This document shows positions 59,939 through 64,000 of a stretch of DNA of 64,000 nt, piece after piece. The notes under the pieces are model-generated. The model saw only the letters and a program-made list of their open reading frames with translations. It searched no databases and had not been told where the DNA came from. Source of the DNA: an uncultured Candidatus Saccharibacteria bacterium. Its GTDB lineage: Bacteria; Patescibacteriota; Minisyncoccia; Phycocordibacterales; DSPV01. The first letter of the stretch is position 1. Every line of letters starts with the position of its first letter. The position numbers were made by a program, and so were the translations under genes. The stretch covers positions 26,075-90,074 of the forward strand of contig CAZTRA010000003.1 of assembly GCA_964616075.1 (NCBI GenBank), given 5' to 3'.

Positions 59939-62041
59939 ATGAATATTTTTCTCACAAAAATAAAACAAGTGCGCACTTTCATACTCGGAATTCTTTTTTG
60001 TGCCTTAGCTCTAAGCCCAACTTCAGTCTTTGCTAACGCAGGATTTGTACCATTCGGCATTGAATGGATTGGGATCCCTTCTGCTATTGGTACCGCCATC
60101 ACCGCAGGTCTTTCATCTGCGGGAGACCTGATTATAGAAGCAGCTGCACTAAAGCTTTCAAGTCTTGCTGGTTTCTTGGTATGGCTTTCAGGAAAAATGC
60201 TTGATTGGATTGTAAATTTTACCATTATTGAAGGTGTCTCTTTATTAAACAATACTGGTATGTCAGGAGCCATTAATGAAACGTGGGTTGTCTTCCGTGA
60301 TCTGGGCAACATGTTCTTCATCTTTATTATCCTCTATTTGGCATTCCAACTCATTTTGGGTATCGGCAGCGGACACTGGCGCTCATTGGGATGGATTATT
60401 GTTATGGCTCTCGTCATAAACTTTTCTCTTTTCTTCACGAAAGTGATCATAGATACCTCCAACCTTCTCGCACTGACCTTCTACGAACCAGTATTTAAAG
60501 CAAAAGGGGGCGTAGCATTTACCTTCATGAGTCAGTTAGGGCTACAAACAATCTGGAATATTAACGACGCGAATTCGGTTGCTTCTCTTTTTGGAGCAAA
60601 TCAAACATCTGCGGGGAACAAAATTATTGTTCTTCTTGGCGCAACAACACTATCAGTTATTGTTGCCTTTATTTTCTTTGCCCTTTCAATATTACTTATT
60701 GTACGTTTTGCCTACCTCATTTTTTTGATGATTTTTTCTCCTCTTGCCTTTGCGTGCTATGTCATACCAGGAGCACGAGGCTATTTTGGCCAATGGTGGA
60801 ATAAACTTATTCAACAGGCATTTTTTGCTCCCGCCGTCTTTCTACTCCTTTTTGTTTCCTTCAAAATACTTGGTGGTGTTGTGACAACATTAGGAAATTT
60901 GGGAAGTTTTGGATCACTTCTAGTAACATTCGACTCAAAATCATTGCCTATTCTGTTTAACTTTGGACTTACTATCGTTATGTTCCTCTATTCACTCACC
61001 CTTGCTATGAATATGGGTATGGTGGGAGCACAAACAACCATCGCGTGGGGCAAGTCTCTCAACACACGATTCAATAAAAGCCTTAAGTCTGGGGGTTCGT
61101 TTATTGGAAGAAATACCGTGGGAGCTTTGGCGCGCTACGCATCGGAACAAGAGGGGGTAAAAAGGTTTGCGCGCATTAGCCCAACAACCGGCCAACTTAT
61201 GTATGACGGTCTCAACAAGTTGCAGGGGGTTGGGGGTAAGGGAAAAACATTGGCCGACGTTGAGGACGAGGCTGTTAAAAAACAGACCAAATTCATTGGG
61301 TGGGCAACATCTTCAGCCCCAATTAGACCAAAATGGTTTTCAAACCTGACACCTGAAGAAAAAGGTGAACAAAAACCAGAAGAAAAACTCTCAAACCAAG
61401 AAACAGCAGCACTTACCGCCCTTAAAGAGCACTCTGGGGCAGTAGCCAGGGAACGTTCCACCGCTCAGGCAAAATTAAGCGAACTCAAAGCTGAACAAAA
61501 AATTATCCAGGATCGACTCACACTCATTAAAACAAACCCTCTTAAAGCAGCTACCGATTACGCCGCTGATCTTCCTGTTGGAAAAAACTTAGGTCAACTT
61601 CAGTCAGAATTAGAGACACGGGCACAAACACTGATTACATCCATCACTGATATGGAAAAACACAGCAACGATTTACAAGAATCTCTCGCGGTTGCCGAAG
61701 GGCGTAAGCAAGATCTTATCGCTCGAGGACAATCCCGACTAGATGATGAAAAAAGAGCGGGGGACAGAAAAGATGAGGAACAAAAAGAAAAACTTGATGA
61801 AATAGGTAAAAGAATGGGCACATCAGTGTCTCCACAAACCAGAGCATTGTGGAAAAAGTCTTTTGATACCTATAGTGATGGGATAAAAAAGAGACAAAAC
61901 AAAAAGAAACAGCAACAAAACAAGAGTACAAATAATACAGGGGAGGTCTTGAATATAAATGACATAGATTCGTTTGAAGATTTACCTGAAGAAATTCAAG
62001 ATCTTGCAAAAAAGGCATTAGATAAGAACAAAACCACGTAA
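59939..62041 (+). CDS. Polytopic membrane protein with VirB6/TrbL-like topology and long Lys/Glu-rich coiled-coil C-terminal tail
   Basis: 700 aa. Signal peptide, ~100-aa extracytoplasmic segment, 5-6 TM helices, then ~300 aa of charged coiled-coil. Gene order before PrgI-like and VirB4-like ORFs mirrors PrgH. Confidence 0.45.
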   Translation: MNIFLTKIKQVRTFILGILFCALALSPTSVFANAGFVPFGIEWIGIPSAIGTAITAGLSSAGDLIIEAAALKLSSLAGFLVWLSGKMLDWIVNFTIIEGVSLLNNTGMSGAINETWVVFRDLGNMFFIFIILYLAFQLILGIGSGHWRSLGWIIVMALVINFSLFFTKVIIDTSNLLALTFYEPVFKAKGGVAFTFMSQLGLQTIWNINDANSVASLFGANQTSAGNKIIVLLGATTLSVIVAFIFFALSILLIVRFAYLIFLMIFSPLAFACYVIPGARGYFGQWWNKLIQQAFFAPAVFLLLFVSFKILGGVVTTLGNLGSFGSLLVTFDSKSLPILFNFGLTIVMFLYSLTLAMNMGMVGAQTTIAWGKSLNTRFNKSLKSGGSFIGRNTVGALARYASEQEGVKRFARISPTTGQLMYDGLNKLQGVGGKGKTLADVEDEAVKKQTKFIGWATSSAPIRPKWFSNLTPEEKGEQKPEEKLSNQETAALTALKEHSGAVARERSTAQAKLSELKAEQKIIQDRLTLIKTNPLKAATDYAADLPVGKNLGQLQSELETRAQTLITSITDMEKHSNDLQESLAVAEGRKQDLIARGQSRLDDEKRAGDRKDEEQKEKLDEIGKRMGTSVSPQTRALWKKSFDTYSDGIKKRQNKKKQQQNKSTNNTGEVLNINDIDSFEDLPEEIQDLAKKALDKNKTT

Positions 62042-62045
62042 TACT

Positions 62046-62807
62046 ATGCCAAACGATCTCATCACTATTGTCCGAGAAAATATCACCCATGGACCAAGTG
62101 ATATTCAGCTACTCGTCACGGCACCAGAAATAGACCGTGTACCACAATCTATTGGACAAAAATACATGTTTGATCAGGAGGATACTCTGATTATAAAAAA
62201 TGCCGCAATTTTAACACTTGCTGGTATATTACCTCCACAAGATATCCCCGCGCACCTCAGTGATGTATTAAACTTATCCAATGCTCAATCACGAGAGATC
62301 GCCGAAGAGCTTGATATGAAATTATTTGCAAGAGTCAGAGTATCTCTTGATAGTCTCTATTCAAATATTGAGTTAAAAAAACCTGAGTTGATACTCCCTC
62401 CACCTCCACCTCCGCCACCAGCTGCACGCCGCGCAATTCCCACACACACCATCGTTTCCACACCCAACAATCAATCTGTACGTCCTGTAGATATCAATAC
62501 TGGTATACAAACAACAATCAAAACAATTACCCCTTTGCCGAAACCTACCTTACAAACAAACACTGATACACAAATTAAAAAAACACCTTTTAACACACCA
62601 GCTCTCACGTTGCCCACTACTCCACCTGCGACCTCTGATAACATGGGAACAAAGGGGTCTTCCATAAACACCGACCTTAGTGATGATATTTTATCTGCAA
62701 AACTTTCAAAACCTATAAATAATCCTTCATCAAACGAAAAAGCAATTGGTAAAGGATTAAAAGCTCGCACTTATCACATTGACCCCTATAGAGAACCCGT
62801 GGAATAG
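62046..62807 (+). CDS. Hypothetical proline-rich protein (PPPPPPPP tract)
   Basis: 253-aa ORF within the operon. Low-complexity Pro/Thr-rich centre. Confidence 0.4.
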   Translation: MPNDLITIVRENITHGPSDIQLLVTAPEIDRVPQSIGQKYMFDQEDTLIIKNAAILTLAGILPPQDIPAHLSDVLNLSNAQSREIAEELDMKLFARVRVSLDSLYSNIELKKPELILPPPPPPPPAARRAIPTHTIVSTPNNQSVRPVDINTGIQTTIKTITPLPKPTLQTNTDTQIKKTPFNTPALTLPTTPPATSDNMGTKGSSINTDLSDDILSAKLSKPINNPSSNEKAIGKGLKARTYHIDPYREPVE

Positions 62808-62847
62808 ACACCCCACAAAACATTTCACATGTTAAAATGGTGTTATT

Positions 62848-63288
62848 GTGCGATTTCAAGTACCCCAATATATCGAAGTTGAAGATAAAATTTTTGGGCC
62901 ATTAACACTCAAACAATTTTTGTATCTTATTGGTAGTGGCGGCATGGCATTCGTTGCTTACCGTTTTCTTGGTTTATTTATAGGTTTACTTATTGGTATT
63001 CCTATTCTTATTTTTGGTTTACTTCTTGCGTTCTATAAACACAACCACAAACCATTTGTGTTTTTAGTGGAAGCTGCACTTAGATACACCGCTAAACAAA
63101 AACTTTATCTCTGGAGAAAAATTGATAAACCCACTATTAGCCAGCAATCTTCAAATTCCCAAACACCGCTCTTTGTTCCAAAATTGTCACAAGATAAACT
63201 AAAAGATGTAACATGGGGCATAGCTACAAAAGAAAATATTTTAACCGAGCACGCTCCAGGAAAAAACATCTCTTCAACACAGATATAA
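62848..63288 (+). CDS. PrgI-family (VirB3-like) two-TM protein
   Basis: 146 aa. N-terminus QVPQYIEVEDKIFGPLTLKQFLYL is followed by two TM helices, matching the PrgI pattern (…VPKD…E.KIFGLTLRQF). Confidence 0.5.
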   Translation: MRFQVPQYIEVEDKIFGPLTLKQFLYLIGSGGMAFVAYRFLGLFIGLLIGIPILIFGLLLAFYKHNHKPFVFLVEAALRYTAKQKLYLWRKIDKPTISQQSSNSQTPLFVPKLSQDKLKDVTWGIATKENILTEHAPGKNISSTQI

Positions 63289-63292
63289 TCTT

Positions 63293-63910
63293 ATGGCACT
63301 AAAAGCAAATCCTTCTCAAAAATTTGTTCCTTTAAAAGAAATACGGGATGGTATCGCAACACTTAACGATGGTGGGTTGCGAGCGGTGCTTATGACGTCT
63401 TCTATTAATTTCGCCCTCAAATCAACAGAAAACCAGGAGGCGATTATTCTTCAATTTCAAAACTTTTTAAACTCTCTTGATTTCTCACTACAAATCGTTA
63501 TCCAGTCTCGTCGACTCGACATACGACCTTATATTGCGCTTTTAAATGAAAGAAAAAAAGCCCAAACAAATGAATTAATGAAACTCCAAATAAATGAGTA
63601 TATGGAGTTCATTACATCATTCACAGAAGCGACAAATATTATGACCAAAAGCTTTTTTGTAATCGTCCCCTACACACCCACCCTTCAAATCGCCCCCTCT
63701 ATCGGTTTATTTGGAAAGAAAAACGATAATGAAGATACAAAAAAAATAACCCCCTTTGAGGAGGGTCGCTCTCAACTTGAACAACGTATGTCAGTAGTTG
63801 AACAAGGATTAGCCCGTTGCGGTTTGCGCGTTGTTCGTTTAGGAACCGAAGAAGCAACTGAACTTTTTTATCGACTTTTTAATCCAGGAGAGAAAGAAAA
63901 ATCTCTTTAA
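63293..63910 (+). CDS. VirB4/TrbE N-terminal-domain-like protein (ORF terminates after 205 aa. The ATPase domain may be in the next ORF.)
   Basis: FVPLKEIRDGIATLNDGGLRAVLMTSSINFALKSTENQEAIILQFQNFLNSLDFSLQIVIQSRRLD resembles the conserved N-terminal region of Gram-positive VirB4-like ATPases (PrgJ/TcpF type). Confidence 0.4.
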   Translation: MALKANPSQKFVPLKEIRDGIATLNDGGLRAVLMTSSINFALKSTENQEAIILQFQNFLNSLDFSLQIVIQSRRLDIRPYIALLNERKKAQTNELMKLQINEYMEFITSFTEATNIMTKSFFVIVPYTPTLQIAPSIGLFGKKNDNEDTKKITPFEEGRSQLEQRMSVVEQGLARCGLRVVRLGTEEATELFYRLFNPGEKEKSL

Positions 63911-63924
63911 TACATCTTATCTAT

Positions 63925-64000
63925 ATGGGATTTCTTGATGCGATATTTAACAAAAAAACTACCGAGGGTAGTACACCAATTCCTTTATTACCACAGGAAG
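63925..64000 (+). CDS. Start of next ORF in the operon (truncated by window end). Possibly the continuation or ATPase part of the VirB4-like protein.
   Basis: ATG at 63925 lies 15 bp after the preceding stop. MGFLDAIFNKKTTEGSTPIPLLPQE. Only 25 codons visible. Confidence 0.25.
   Translation, partial: MGFLDAIFNKKTTEGSTPIPLLPQE

Overview
This 64-kb window looks like the chromosome of a small-genome, moderately AT-rich bacterium. Gene content and organisation resemble a Candidate Phyla Radiation / Saccharibacteria-like episymbiont, read with the standard genetic code. About 75% of it is recognisable core genes. On the minus strand the str operon is complete: rpsL, rpsG, fusA and the start of tuf. 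Other clear calls are rpmB, recJ, pgk-tpiA, nusA, ppa, a trigger-factor-like gene, rsmE, clpP, rny, hup and four tRNAs. The tRNAs sit beside a CCA-adding enzyme gene, followed by xth, a xerC/D-like recombinase, rpsO, an NYN gene, pnp, comM, an M23/LysM peptidase, pcrA/uvrD and rsmA. Embedded in this are accessory cell-surface and DNA-handling loci. (a) A type IV pilus operon (pilB, pilC and three prepilin-like genes, one of 598 aa). (b) A 1538-aa giant surface protein built from InlB-B-type repeats, containing a near-identical ~253-bp tandem DNA repeat. (c) A ComEC split into two ORFs with an Fe/Mn-SOD-like gene between them. (d) GC-rich orphan genes at 9657-10352 and 22955-23956, and a GC-rich insert between fusA and tuf. 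(e) At the 3' end (56.6 kb to the window edge) a tightly packed plus-strand operon. It encodes a 762-aa membrane-anchored surface protein, a polytopic membrane protein with VirB6/TrbL-like topology and a long coiled-coil tail, a proline-rich protein, a PrgI/VirB3-like two-TM protein and a VirB4-N-terminal-like ORF. This gene order matches Gram-positive conjugative T4SS cores (PrgH-PrgI-PrgJ). I rate it the best candidate for an undescribed secretion or DNA-transfer apparatus in this window. No CRISPR array, rRNA gene or obvious transposase was seen. Motif-level protein calls rest on remembered family signatures rather than database searches.
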